From assembly GCF_033153115.1 (NCBI RefSeq), contig NW_026889757.1, positions 5,084,001-5,148,000 of the forward strand: a stretch of DNA of 64,000 nt. Direction: 5' to 3'. The stretch's first letter is position 1. Each line of letters starts with the position of its first letter. Shown here one piece after another: positions 48,801-63,008 of this stretch. This DNA comes from Saccostrea echinata (lineage: Eukaryota). The notes beneath the pieces were generated by a model. The model saw nothing but the letters and a program-made list of their open reading frames with translations. It was not told the origin of the DNA and did no database searches. The position numbers and the translations under genes are program-made.

Positions 48801-50790
48801 ATCAGATATTGTGCATTAAATACAAATAAAGATGACACAAATTTAATTCAAAATAGGTGTACCAAGAAAGAACGGGAAACAGCACGCATCAGAGATTGCC
48901 AAGATGGCCTTTGACCTTGTGAGAAAACTTCGCCATCTAGAAATACCTCACCTTCCGGGCATCAAATTCAGTCTGCGTATCGGCTGTCATTCTGGTAAAT
49001 TGTCGTTTTTGTATTACACATTACTCATACAGTTTTTCCAAACAATGCTGCATCTGGCATTTGTACTTTTTTGAAATGGTGCTGGACTGCATTTATACCT
49101 GTTATCTTTTCATATTTTTAGCAAGGTGTTACCACTGTCCAGATCTGATGTTTCAGTAACTCTCGCAAAAGGAAAAACAAAATTTAAGGAAATCCGATCC
49201 TCAGAAAGGAAGGATAACTCTTAAAATTATTAATTAATTTAAAAAAGTCTCAAAATTAAGCTTGAAATTGAGAAAATACCATGAGTAAATACACATTACT
49301 TTGAGAATTCTCGGACATTTTTGTGAGCACTTTCAATTATTAAACTCCTGATTTTCAATACCTGAGGATCGCACTACCTTAATAGCGAGCGCAGCGAGCG
49401 GCGCGAAGCGCCGCTCGTCACTGCGAGCTCTTAAAGCAACGCCTGGGCGAAGAGAAAATTCTGACTTTGCACATTGATCCAAACGAATTTTTTTCCGCAG
49501 TTAACTGTGGTCCTATAATGCTTTGCGAATTCCATCTCGCCGCAAACAACGTTCACGCGGTAACAAGAAGTTCCAAGAAAAAAATACACTCACCTTGATT
49601 TGATGGATGTATAGTAGATAGATAGAAGATTAAACCTTCTTTATTAAAATTAGCACTGTTCAGACTTCGTTTTGGTAATGCAACTTACAAGCGACGTCAT
49701 GTGACGTCAGAGTCTAGACGTACTAAATGTCACGTGCGATTTGAAGAGCCCGATCTGAATATAGGTATCTGCGCTCGCCCTAACGGTCGCACCGTCAACA
49801 TATTATCTCAATAAACAAAAAAAAAATCGATTTTTGGTTCTACGCGTGAATGCTGTGGTCATTGCAGCTTTGAAATACGCATTTTTTTTTTAGTATTATA
49901 GTATTCCATGTTAGTGAAAAGCTTTTCAGAGCATTTTGTTGCACACACAGGTGCCGTGGTGGCTGGAGTAGTAGGGAACAAGATGCCAAGGTATTGTTTG
50001 TTTGGAGAAACAGTTAGCGTGGCCTCAAAAATGGAATCTCTCGGAAAAGGTAACACAACAGAATATTCCACTAACAACTAACCTCGTTCAAACGTCGAGG
50101 ATTTTTCAAATTCTTATTTATTTCTATGAATTACATAGCAAACAAAGTTCACCTGAGCGAGACAACATTTGATCTCTTGACCTCTATTGGCGGATTTACA
50201 ATGCAGGAAAGGAAGGATTCCATTGCAAAGGTTTGAAGTGTTATTAAGCATCATTATGACTTTTTACTTCGAATAGAAATACTTTTAAATATATTAATGG
50301 ATCTTTTATCTCTGATCGAATTTCTTATGCCTCCTCTTTCTTTTACTTATCAGCTAGCAATGCAAGTAGAGTGAATCAAAATGATATTTTTTTATGATTT
50401 ACAGAACGATATCGACCTACAGAACGCCTTTAAGGGAATCGTTCGCACGTATTGGCTGGTGGAGGTGGAAGGGGTGGATACTGACTCGGAATCTGTTCAT
50501 ACAGATAACGACGATGTGCCTCACGAGAGGCATGCAGGTGGGACTATTAGGCTACCTAAGTACCATTACCCCCCAATACTTGTAACCCATTAGCACAACA
50601 AAAATGTTGAAAAATGATGGTATTTCAAATTTTGAAATAATTTTTGATATCTATGATATAGATACTTTTATAAATTTTATTCATATATGACCAATACATG
50701 TACATGTATGTGCCTCTCCTAATTACCTAAGTACCAGATTTGAATTTCAGTTCTCTTTTCACAGGTTCCAAGAGCTTCTGGTTGCATTAA
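45874..50790 (+). CDS. NIT-domain transmembrane guanylyl cyclase, paralogue 3 (~663 aa); exons 45874-46036, 46754-46916, 47008-47892, 48393-48579, 48666-48771, 48857-48994, 49951-50049, 50139-50230, 50405-50537, 50765-50790
   Basis: Phase-consistent GT-AG junctions; protein nearly identical to paralogue 2; ends GSKSFWLH*. Confidence 0.9.
46150..46665 (-). mobile_element. Penelope-like 3' fragment in NIT-GC3 intron 1
   Basis: Reverse-complement match to 54830-55420 (GACAAGGTCATTGTATCGACC, AACTTACCTCGTTT, ATCCAAATATGAAACAGATGTG). Confidence 0.7.
47970..48135. repeat. Imperfect palindromic insertion in NIT-GC3 intron 3
   Basis: AAAGTATA..GAGTTAGCAAGATT pairs with AATCTTGTTAACTC..TATACTTT around a GCGAAGC centre. 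Confidence 0.5.
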
Positions 50791-51051
50791 GAGACTAATC
50801 TCTAGCATACTGCAGATTCCACAAAATAGGATGAACTTTCTGTATTGTTATGATTTATTATTCATATTTTCAGTGGATACTAGTATGTACATGTAGTTAA
50901 AGACGTGTAATCATAGTTAATTCTTCTGGTCCAAAAAATTTTTTCAGTGAAATTTGAAAATATAGGATTCTAAAAATGATCTTTCTTAGGAAACAATTCG
51001 TAAAATCTTACAGAAAAAAAATCAAAAATCGGGCGGGACCATGAGATAGTG

Positions 51052-52099
51052 CAAGGGTTGTCCGGTAAAATTGTGGACATCACAATAATTCACACTGAGT
51101 TGAAATTTTCAGGAAATGTTTATCAATCATATTTACGTACATATTTATATTTTAAATAAATTATAGGCAAAAATTGGGATTTTATTATACTGGAATGTGT
51201 ACAGGGTATGGTCCTACGGCGCAGAACCCAAAAATTAGGATTTTATGAGGAAATATTCGAGTATTATTTCGAAATAAAAGTATTAAATAGATAAGGTTGG
51301 GGTAAAAATTATCATATTTTTAATTCCCTATCTATTATGTCGTCATTTGGAAAATTTCAAGGAATTTGCTTAATTTTTATCAGTTTTCCTAGACTTTAAA
51401 ATAGGGAAAGTGGAAAACGTAACACACGAAAAATGGCGACGCTTGATGACGTTACGTCGCACCGGAAAGCAGTTCAGTTATATGTTGAGTAATGACGCCT
51501 TACGAGACTTTAAATGATAACAGAATATAAAAATACATATAAAATATCACTTACACATTAAATTACAAGTGGATTGGGCAATTTTAACGGCGGCTTTTTG
51601 ATCGAGTCCTCCAGTAGATCGAAACATACATAAAATCAGCTATTGGCAATAACGGAAGACGCTTTCATTGCAAACCGTCGAAAAAACACTGCCAATTTAG
51701 TTCAGTGAGAGTACCTTCCATATCTTATTAATGAAAGTTTTCATAACGTCCCATGTGTGTGCGAGATTGGTCACTCGACTATTTAAGGAGGAATAAAGGC
51801 GAACTCGAGTGTGTGCGTCGGTAAAATTCCTGAAATTTAAGTGGGGCTCATCCAACTTTTTTAAGCAAAGATGAAATGTGACGTTGCTTTTGACATTTTG
51901 ACGTTATTATCTGTGCTCCGTAAGACGATATCACTTATAACATAAAATCCCATATTTTGTTTATTTCAGCATATAACTCTTTGAAATTTGCTATGTATAT
52001 TAATGAAAAATGTACTAATGGGTAGGGAAATTTTAGAATAAAATGTTGATTATTTTTCACTCTAGACTACTTGTTCACGATTTTACCGGACAACCCTCG
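51052..52099. mobile_element. Tc1/mariner-like non-autonomous element
   Basis: AGGGTTGTCCGGTAAAATTGTGGACA and TGTTCACGATTTTACCGGACAACCCTCG-TA. Confidence 0.7.
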
Positions 52100-52802
52100 T
52101 ACTCAAAATTTCAAGCTAATTAATTTATTAATATATTGTTTTAATGTCTGAAGTTTTGTACTTGTTTTTTTTAATTGGTCAATAAAGATAGCAGGACATC
52201 AGTTCGTGACAAATTTTTGTTCATTTATTTTCAATAACATTCTGGTCAAGATATCTTTCAAGGTATTCTTGCTCTTGGAAAATCTTGGAATTTCTATAAA
52301 TAAATTAAGATTTATCGGTATAATTTGGGCCTATATCAGATCAGCCCTGCTTGGGGTGGAATTCAAAGCAACAGATATGATCTGAATTTCTTCTTTTGAA
52401 TTTTCAAATTAGCTTTAATTGCAGAGTATTTTCCGCACACGATTAATTGACCGATTGATATATAGGATGCCAGGATTAAGGGGTTTTTTTTTTTGGGGGG
52501 GGGGGTATTTATTTATTTTGTTTGGTTGGTTTTTTTTTTTCGAAATTAATCTTCCGCGTAAATTTCCACTTTTTTTTCAAAGATCCATTGTTCCGATGTT
52601 CACGTGATCACTATTTTTTTTCCTGAACGTAGCTTTTATAATTGAAAAGGGAGTAGAATCATGTAAATGATATGTCAAAGCCATACCATTCGGTCATGTT
52701 ATCCTGCGCCGACAAAAATATATATGGAGAAGGATATAAATAATGCTAGTTAAAAAGTATGAAAGCAGTCTCGAGAATCAGTGTGAGTATAAATCTGTTA
52801 CT

Positions 52803-52847
<45 letters not shown>

Positions 52848-53741
52848 TAAAGCAAATATGAATATAATTTCTAATAGAGCTCACAGAATTCAACAAGCAT
52901 CAATATCATTGTACAAAATACTCGTGTTGCTGTGTTTAAATATATTTTGGTCAAACACTTGTGTGTAAAAAATTACATGAAATTTCTATCATGTGTGTTT
53001 TAACTATGAGTTTATATCTGGAATTATTGCAGTATTTTGTAAGGAATGTGCATATTAAAAAGCTTCTGAAGTTGTTGACACCCAAAAAAATCTGATCTGA
53101 AATATCGAAGAAAGCATCCGAAAGCACTGAATGCAAATTATTGAAAAAATCAGGAAACGGTGACAGAGTTTGAATAAGAGGGATTTTTTGGCAGTTTGTT
53201 CAAATCATGACCCCTGGGGCAGGGCCACAATAGGCAATCAAATTTTTACATAGAAATTATTGGGGGAAAATTCTTCTTAATAACAGCAAAGTCCTGATTA
53301 TTTATATTTTTGTGCAAGCATCCTAAGGCAGTGTAGCTTCAAGCTTCTCGAACACACAGCTAATGAACAATAACTTCCTTTTTAAACTCATTTAACGGCC
53401 GGGGGATGAGAGGGTTGTTCTACATGTAGCGAGGTACGTTTAATAAGACTCGTGCACGCCCCGTTTGGGGCCCTGTGTCCTTTTCTAAAATTTTTAACAT
53501 TAGAAAGAGAGGGAGAGAAAGAGAGCTTGAAAAGAGTTTTTACAAAATATTTCATGTTGCAGGCGCTTGCAAGAATGTTTTATCATAAATGTTTAAAATT
53601 ATTGACCCAAAAATAAGTTTTTTTTTCCAGTTTTATTCATAAACACTGACGTATAGGGGGAGCAAAAAATAAATACCGGGTATTTTTTTCAAAAACGGTT
53701 TAATTACATAAAAAATAAGTATAAAACTAGATTCAATGATG

Positions 53742-56700
53742 TTACCTTCGCCATTTTTGGTCTCCTCGTATACAAATTTCCGGTTTTTTCCACCAGGATG
53801 CAAGATCTCGTATGACGAGATTTGGTTTATTAATATCATTTAACATTGCACATAATCTACACCAGAATTTAGTGTCTATGAAATCCCCTGTTCCTTTCCA
53901 TTTGAAATACTCATTATACTTTTCGTCATTAGCGTCTAAAAACTTGAGGTAATCTCCTAAATTTTCAGCAGATTCAAAGTCTTCTACGTGCAGGTAAGAG
54001 TTCGGTGGAGCAGATCTTTTGTAGTCATCAGGATGTGCTCCCATGACAACAGGAACCACGTCATTCCTGTAATAGTTAAAAAAAACGGATTGGTCAGCAG
54101 CAAGAATGGAAACAAATTCAGAACCAGTATTTAGGGGACAATGGGAAGAGGAGTGATAAAATAAAACTGGTAGTATCACTAATTAAAATGTCAAAAAAAG
54201 AAGCGAATTTAAACTTGTTTTACATATGAACAGTAATTTTCATTCTAGAAAACTTTAAATTCCTGAACAATTTAAAAAAAACATTGATAAATTGTGTGCT
54301 GAATATCTGGAAGTCTTATACAAGGTAACGTGTAAAATATTCAATCAAAATTGAAGAAGATTGAAGATTCTTCAAACACGATTTTAAAATTAAAATTTAA
54401 ACATAGTACATGCAGTTGTTTTCAAATCTAGAAAAAGAACTAGGAATGAAGAATTAAACTTTTTCGTCAAAGAGAGCAACACTGAAACAAAGTAAACATC
54501 AAAACAGCAAGTGTAACGTATCTTAATCTATTACTTTATATGGAATTGTAATGAACTCTTCGCTCTTCTATCCCACTCTTTTTCAGACTAACAACATTTC
54601 TGCACATTATCATCACTTTGTACTAAATTTGTATTGAAATCTTTTGAAAAACATGCATTTTATACATCTGAGAAGTGATGTTAATCAGATGTGCATACGT
54701 AAAAACTCCAATGAACTTTTAGAAAATTTGCAAAACATAAACATTTAACCAAAATTATCAAAACAGAATCAAATCGTATATGTATGACTTTTAAACATGC
54801 TTGAAATAAAAGATACCACAGAGTCTGACACATCTGTTTCATATTTGGATATTTTTCTAGAAAAAGACGTTAATGGTAATCTAACAATCAAGCTTTATGA
54901 TAAACTTGATGACTAATTTTCAATCGTCAACTTCCCTTACTTATGCAGCAATATACCCTTATCACCTGCATATGGGGTGTATATCTCTCAGTTGCTTCGA
55001 TACGCAAGAGCATGCTCTACGAATGAACAATTTTCAAAACGAGGTAAGTTATCGATAAACAAGTTGATGAAAGAAGAATATCAACAGTATCGTTTAAAGT
55101 CATCATTTCGTAAGTTTTGTGGTCGATACAATGACCTTGTCAGCAAATACAATCTATCATTAAGTCATATGCTGACCGACGTTTTTCATACTAATTGTTA
55201 GGCCATGATTTACACACTGAATTGCCGACGGATTTTTCCGTTATTTCCCGATCATGACAAGGAGCACACGACGAGTGTGACCGTTTGGCAGCGGATGCTC
55301 ACTCCTCCATGGCACCTGATCCCACCTCTGATGTTTTTTGAGGTCCGTGTTTGCCCTGCTCGCAATATGTATTGTTTTAATGGACTTTGAGCTTGAATAC
55401 TGTTCTTATCTCCATATTTCATTAAACAGTTCCGCAAGATAAATTAAAGACCAGGCTTTTTGACATCATAGACAGCTGCTTTTTCAATAAATATATACTC
55501 AAAAAATTTACATACCATGTCATTGGTCATCAACAAATTTACTTTGTTAAAAACAATATTGTTAAAAACAATATGATTCTACACATAAGTACTTCGAGGC
55601 TAATATTCAAAAGATGCTTGAGTTACTGACAATTTCTAAGTAGTCTTTTAACAAACTGATAGAATTTTCTTTGGTAGTACTAATTGTGTCCAGTTTGCAG
55701 ACATGTGGTTGTATTCAAAAACTCCTAAATGAAAAGAAGAAGTGCCGTGGTCTCCAATTCGACTAGATATATCAAGGACATCTTATCAATCAACAATATT
55801 CTTTTTCATTCCTACAGATTTGATACTCCATGGTACGAAAGCCATGAAGGGACATGAGAATTTTCAAAAAAGTGTAAAAGTAAACCGAGATCTCGATTTA
55901 TATAATCCGTTCTCTCGGAATGACAATCTGTTATAACGAATTACTAATTCGTTCTCACAGATTATCAATTCGTTCCCTCAAATTACACAATCCGTTATCT
56001 CGGATTGTAATTCATTCTCTCGAGTTAAAAAATACATTTTCTTGGAATGTTTGTCGTTATCGGGAGGAATATAATTTGTTTTACAGGTTATCCATTTTGA
56101 TTTCATGCACCATTTGCTGGTCTACCAGCTGGCAGCTGAGTGCACTTATTTATCTGTCCATCTCAGATATAGCAATATTTGTTTAATGAATAGAATATAG
56201 AATAGTACACACTCTACATTTCATTACATATCACGGTCCTTACTGAGAAAATTACACGAATATTTTTCTAATCCATTTACTAGTACTAATATTTGTACAA
56301 GTAAATTCTTAGATATTTGGTTATTTTAGAATCATGGAAAACACTGATAAAAGTAAACATGGGTCCTCTGTAATTATTTTTTATTAAATAAATTTACATT
56401 TACTTAATTTAAAAATACTACGGAACGGCCTGTTGCATAAACAAAATAGAACGCATGCGTTGAGATAAGGGAATGGATTCTTCAAGTCGTAAAACATGTA
56501 ATTGATGGATTGTCTAAATCAAGAGGCCGAAGTGATAATCAGTGGGAACGGATTATGTAATTCGAGATCTCGAATTATAAACCGAGGGAACGAATTGGTA
56601 ATCAGTGGGAACGGATTATGTAGTTCGAGATCTCGAATTATAAACCGAGGGAACGAATTGGTAATCAGTGGGAACGGATTATGTTATTCGAGATCTCGAA

Positions 56701-57828
56701 TTATAAACCGAGGGAACGAATTAGTAATCTGTGAGAACGGATTGTGTAATTCGAGATCTCAAATTCATTTTTGCTTTTTTGAGAAATCGACGTGTCCCTT
56801 CATGGCTTTCGTACTACTTTCGTATAAACATGATCATTCTTCTTTATCTTCACATTTCATGAAATTAAAATGGATCAATACATTTTGATCACAATCGTTT
56901 TAAAATCAGAAACGTGAAGATCATTTACTTACATTAGAGCGTTCCGGAAAAACTTTTCTGTTATATAATCCCTGCAGTTGGAATTTTCGAAAGCCAGATA
57001 AAATTTGTAGTCTTTTTTCAACATTTTAAAGCAATCCATTTCGATGGATCTGTCGCACTGTTTATTTCCACAACCACCATACACATCTACAGGTATGTAC
57101 TTCTGCAACTCTGTAACATACCCCATTCTATTATTACTGGTATCACAGTTTGATACAAAAATTGCTGCTAGCTTTTTCTTTCCAGCTGCATAATTTTTCG
57201 GTTCAGTCTTATTCTTTCTCTCTGTGAATGGTAACCATTTTTCATAAGGCGCTACTATTGTTGAATCATGGCGATATGCAACTGTCCAGTTAAAAATATC
57301 ACCCAACAAGAAATAATCTGGGGTGGCCAATGGACCCTCCAAAATATAAAGAATCCATATTTCATTTGGATCTCTACTAAACATTGATAATTCATTAAAA
57401 CTTATCATGATATTGAAGAGTTTGGCGTCGGCTTTTCTCTTCTGGTTATCGTCTCTGTGAAGTTCACAATTTTTTATCGGACAGTTGTCCTGAATAAACT
57501 TTTCTTGTCCTCTTGGAACGTCAAAATCACCGCTTCCGCTTATCAATATAATCTTATTACGAGACAAATCCACTTCCGGTTTGTAATTCATTTGTTCATA
57601 TATCCTATCCTTACCTGACGTCGTGTCCCACACTACTGTTAAGTTAGATAACACGTTTTCCTTTACACTTTCTGCACTGGATGCACACTGAGTATTATAT
57701 CTTACACACGGTAAAGTTTTCACTATTTCCTTCGGAGTGCACCGAAATATGGAAGCAAAATTAATTACACAACTTACAATTACGAACACAATGACAACCA
57801 ACAAAAAGTCTCGATATAGTCGTTCCAT
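53742..57828 (-). CDS. GT10 alpha-1,3-fucosyltransferase (FucTA-like, ~406 aa); exons 57828-56933 and 54066-53742
   Basis: Type II N-terminal TM; FNWTVAYRHDS, FVSNC, VDVYGGCG, YKFYLAFENSNCRDYITEKF, VPVVMG..APPNSY, YNEYFKW, WCRLC; phase-2 junction AT|G. Confidence 0.92.
54800..55830 (+). mobile_element. Penelope-like RT fragments (3' end with tail, then a decayed RT middle piece) in the FucT intron
   Basis: IKDTTES..SYLDI..KLYDK..VNFPYLCSNIP.SPAYGVYISQLLRYARACS; tail 55240-55420; decayed RT-like sequence 55440-55830. Confidence 0.75.
55834..56813. mobile_element. MITE with internal 60-bp repeats (56535-56760)
   Basis: TIR TACGAAAGCCATGAAGGGACA and TGTCCCTTCATGGCTTTCGTA; 20-aa periodicity in ORF 56502-56888. 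Confidence 0.75.
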
Positions 57829-58709
57829 CTTAGAAACCCAATGATCTTTCAATAAAACGTTGAAGCTTTAGATAACAGAGGGTCATTTCACCTGCACGTA
57901 CTCAAACTTTAGATAACGTTTTATGAATCGACTTGGGAAATTAAGAAAGTACATTTCATATAATCAAAGTCAAGGTAAATCATTAAATTGTAATTATTAA
58001 TAAAAACATAAACTCAAATTTTAGAGAACAGTCCCATTGGCTGTAACACTAACCTGAAGCATGCTGGGGCACTGACTGGTTGTATTATCCAAATTTATAA
58101 TAGGTCTATTTGTTTACTGAACATATCACACAGATATCTTTATAGTAATAATTTATAATTATTGACATCTATTAGGTCAAAACACTCAATCATCTCTTGG
58201 AAAATGATGACATTCAGCTAAATTGAGTATTTGCGTAAATGATCGCACTGGCCAAATAAAAATTCAATGAATGCTTTGTTCTATGAAGACCATAGCTGAA
58301 CGGCATTCAATGTTTTATAAAATTGCACTAATGAAGACAACACGACAGCCAGGGGAAAAAAATTTAATTCAGTCGTCGACTCGCAGTATTAGGTCGTTAT
58401 AAAAGGAATCATGCAAGCAGTAATCAAACAAGGTGTAATAATATCTCTAGAACAAAACAATTCCTTAATGTCCACGAGTAAGTCAAAAAGGTGATGCAAA
58501 TTTTCATAATATTTGTAGATCAAAACAGTAAAAGCACTCACATGTTCATACTTTATTTTGTTGAACAATTTGCATTAGCCAAACCTTTATAGACATCAAA
58601 AAGATTTGAAGGGATATCAAACTTTAACAAATATTGCTTACAACTTCTGATGAATCGACACTGCGTATTAGTTGTACGTAGCTTAAAATTTATGACAAAA
58701 GGCGTGCTA

Positions 58710-59012
58710 TGACCTTGATACAATGACCTTGTCAGCAAATACAATCTGTCATTAAGTCATATGCTGACTGACGTTTTTCATACTAATTGTTAGACCATTA
58801 TCTACATTACATTATTTATCTGAATTTTTCCGTTATTTCCCGATCATGACAGGAGCACACGGCGGGTGTGACCGGTCGGCAGGGGATGCTCACTCCTCCA
58901 TGGCACTTGATCCCACCTCTGATGTTTTTGGAGGTCCGTTTTTTCTCTGCTCCCGATTTGTATTGTTTTAATGGACTTTGAGCTGTAATACTGTTCGTTA
59001 TCTCCATATTTC
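58710..59012 (+). mobile_element. Penelope-like 3' fragment
   Basis: Close copy of 55125-55420. Confidence 0.75.
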
Positions 59013-60349
59013 ACTTGAATCAATGTCGAACAATGCCAAGGTCCACAAGGATTTGAATTTTCCAGTGCATACAGTGACCTTTTTAATGAAGAGTCGATAG
59101 AAATTTGCACGAACGGAGACTTTTATAAAAGCTTGTTATAACCCTGATATTAACGTCATTGTTTTATGTCCAAAGGGTTAAAGCTACACATGTGACACAA
59201 AAGTTGCTTGATGTAATGATGGAAGGTGGGTTTTGGCCCTACAAGTTATTGGATGATCACAGTTTGTGTACCAACAACATTTTTGAATAACAATTTTCAA
59301 ACATACACTGATTTGAGTGCCCATACGCAAGTTTTTGGTTAAGTTGGAAAGTTCAACTTAATGATATACTAGACTATAAGTATTACATATCATCATGTGT
59401 GTGTGGGTGGGTGTGTGGGTGTGGTTTTTCCAGCACATCCAAACTAAATAACATCGATATCAAGACGTACATGTAGTGATGCGAGTTTGTTTCTCACATT
59501 TAATTGCATTTTTCGTTCACGACTTAATGCCCTGTTTTGTAATGCTACTGGTATCTACATGTAATAAGGCAATGTGCTGTGATCTATAGGTCAACCAAAC
59601 TTGCATTAATGTTGAAGAAAGTGTTATCGATCACCTCTCGACCACGTTTTAGTCCAGGCACTGCAACCTTCATTACAGAATAATAAATATTTTAGTACAC
59701 AAATGGTATGAAACCATTGATTTCTGATTGTAGAATAAGTTACTTGACTTATTGAATGCTGTACAGTTAATGGTTGCCAACTGGACGAGCTTGATGTGTA
59801 CATTTTAACAAGAAACCTATGACACAGCCACTTCCCATTTTATAAAACCTAAAAATGTCCTTTCCATATTTCCTTTCTATGATAAAAGAATGTAGGGATT
59901 TTTTTTATCAATGAAGAGAAATGTCCAAAACGTCATGTGCCTGTGACCAATGGGCCTTGACGGTCACCCACGTATCACAAGCTTTTCAAGTTATTACTTC
60001 ATGTGTAGTTTGGTCCCACCTGGGACTGTTCTGGATTTGACTATGTGACAAAAAATTAACAATTCGGTGAGATTACATTCATGAAGCTCATCTAGATGAA
60101 GTTAAAGAAGATAAGGAACCCTGCATAATAAATATCAATACATAAACAATATTTGAGCAACTAAGCTCTACCCTGAGGCCTGATCCCTAGTCGTGGGGAC
60201 ATGAATAAAAAAACTGTAGAAAGCTAGCTTCTCATTATAATCATGCAAATAATGCGCCTGCTCTGTGTCCATGCGTTATGTACACATGTTGATTTTCAAG
60301 GATGTTATTTACTTTTAATATATGACCACTTTACCTCTACAAAAAAAAA

Positions 60350-61820
60350 TCTCAACTTTATGTAAAATACAATTTTCTGAATTACAAGATATAATAATTC
60401 AGAAGAGAAAAAGGGAATAAGATAGATTACATAATAAATATATAGTGATTCCAGCTGACCAAGCAGGAAATAACGGTGTTTGTTTGTAAGACTCAATATT
60501 ATACTAGTAATTGTATTTAGAGGATTTTAATTCCACAATTTTGAGGTAATCCAACTTACACTCAAAGTTCCCTTCCTAAGAAGGATTTTTTTTTCAAAAT
60601 CATAAGTCGGTCTAATTTTTTTTTTATTTCCCAACAATCAAGTTGAATTTTAATCACTATACCTATATTGGATTCCTGAACTACATAAAAATCCTTACAA
60701 AGGGACATAGCGGGTTTTAGTAAATGTTCTACCAAGCCTCTTTCTTACTCCTCACCAAAATATTAACAGCAGTGAAGGAGAAACATCAGGGGCACTGTAC
60801 ATCAACGTATTCGAGATGTGGATATTTAAAAACTCCAAGAAACATAATTGCAGTTGGAACTTGTAAATTTGCATACCTTTTCATTGGTCATTTGCAAAAT
60901 TATGTTAAAAAGCATTATGATTGTTCACACAAGTATTCCGAAGTTGTTACTAACTAGATACTTGGGTTTTTGATTGACAACATCAATGTAGTTTTTGAGG
61001 ATCAAGTTTTCCAATGATCTGTTGGAATTCCCATGGGTACTAATTGCTCCACGTTATTAGTAGACCTATTTTTGTATTCATATGATGCAATTTTTTTTTC
61101 AAAACATCCAAACGAAAATAAGAAGTCTGTTGCTGTGGCCTTCGATTCGAATTTATGATATATAGACGACGTTTTATCAATTAATGGTATTCCTTTTCAT
61201 TCCAATGTTGATTCGATATACGTATCCCTTTAAACTCAGAATAAATAAATACTAAATAAATAAATAAGGATAAATCTGTTTCATATTTGGATATTTTACT
61301 AGAGAAAGACAATAATGGAAAACTAATAGCAAAACTTTATGAAAAAAGTGATGACTTTAATTTTTCTTTCATCAACTTCCTTTACATGTTTTTATGTAGC
61401 AATATACCATAATCACCAACATACGGAGTTTATGTCTCCCAGTTGATTCGATAACCATACATGTTCTACTTAACGAAGAATATTTAATACAAGGCAATCT
61501 ATTCATAAATAAGTCTATACAAGAATATCAACGATCTCATTTAAAGTCAACTTTTCTATGGTGGATACAATGGTCTTGATAGGAAATACATACTGTAAGG
61601 CCATTATTTTTACACCGAATTGTCTACATATTTTTTTCTGTTTGCCCGATCATGACAAAGAGCACAAGAAGGGTGTAACCGGTCGACAGGGGGAAACTTA
61701 CTCCTCCATTGCACCTGAACCCACCTCTGATTTTTTTTAGAGGTTCATGTTTTCTCTACTCACAATTTGAATTGTTCCAATGGACTTTTGAGCTTGATTA
61801 CAGTCATTGTCTTCATACTT
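60350..61820 (+). pseudogene. Decayed Penelope-like reverse transcriptase with 3' tail
   Basis: Frameshifted motifs VIPADQAGNN, YLYWIPELHKNPYK, KCSTKPL, VGIPMGTNC..LVDLFLYSY, YIDDVLS, YGVYVSQLIR. Confidence 0.75.
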
Positions 61821-63008
61821 CATAGTAAATAATTTACGTTCTTCTGATTTATCTACCATGGGTGCTACCGGGTATTTTGCGCATTCAATGGGCAGGGCAT
61901 TTCATCATGAATTTGGTACAACAATTATTTATTTGAAATTTATTTAACCGTCGCTGTCTTAATTCTTAAAGAACCTAGGAAGTTATAAATATGTCACTGT
62001 TCGGTGCCATTTATGGTTATTTATATGTGTGTTTTTCAAATTGATGTTCAAATTATTGAGACAGAACCGATCATGGTTGACTATCCCTACAATATTATTT
62101 CAACAAGGTAAGTACATAAACATTCAAATATTTATATTAATATAGGGCATACGGGCATGTTTCTGCTAGGTATAAAGGAAACTGCCCAACCACATATGCA
62201 CCACATTTGCATCCACTTAATTACTAGACATTTACTTGTTATTTTGTAATGTCATTGAAACTCTTATAATATATTGTCTTTCAATAGAATACGCCACTCT
62301 CCCGACATTTGTATTTATTAAATACATGTACATCTTGTTCATCAAGAAATATTTTGAACATACGTTTTTTGTGGTTATTTTAAGTACTAGTATGTGAAAT
62401 AATTCAAAATTAATGATTAGGAGAATTTACGTTTAAAATTCAGGTGTGTACAATTTAAATTCGGAAATCTGATTTTCTTTTCTTTTCTTTTTTTTAATAT
62501 TCAGGGTTTTGATAGTTACACTATACTTTGTACATTTTTACATATTTTGAAAATAACTTCAAAAGTAAATAACCCTTTTTGCAAATAGAATCTAACATCT
62601 GACAAATATGTATATGATCTCTTTTTCAAAATCAAATATGCTCTCTTTTTCAAAATTGATTACAAAGCCAATCGGAGAACTGGCATGATTGCCAATATTT
62701 CAACACTTTACACTCTTTAGACTCATAATTTTGCTTAAAAAATCCACTAAACTGTTGCACCTCAAATACAATTTTCACAGCAAAAAAGTGTCTCGGCCAA
62801 TATATCATCAAGAACAGTTTCATAAAGCTTATTTCAAACAACAAATTCCACTTTATTAAACACAGTGTTACAGTTCAAATTTGTTGTGGTTTGATTAAAT
62901 TTTTCAATAATAGTTCAAGCTAAACAAAAAGGGATAGGTGTAATTTTTTCAATAGCATCAACTTGTCTTATCATAGTACTTTAAAGATAACTTAATTGTA
63001 ATACAGGG

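Noticed and set aside
57829-57852. Longer FucT start given by the ORF track
   Set aside because: Non-ATG start; first in-frame ATG is at 57828, just before the TM segment
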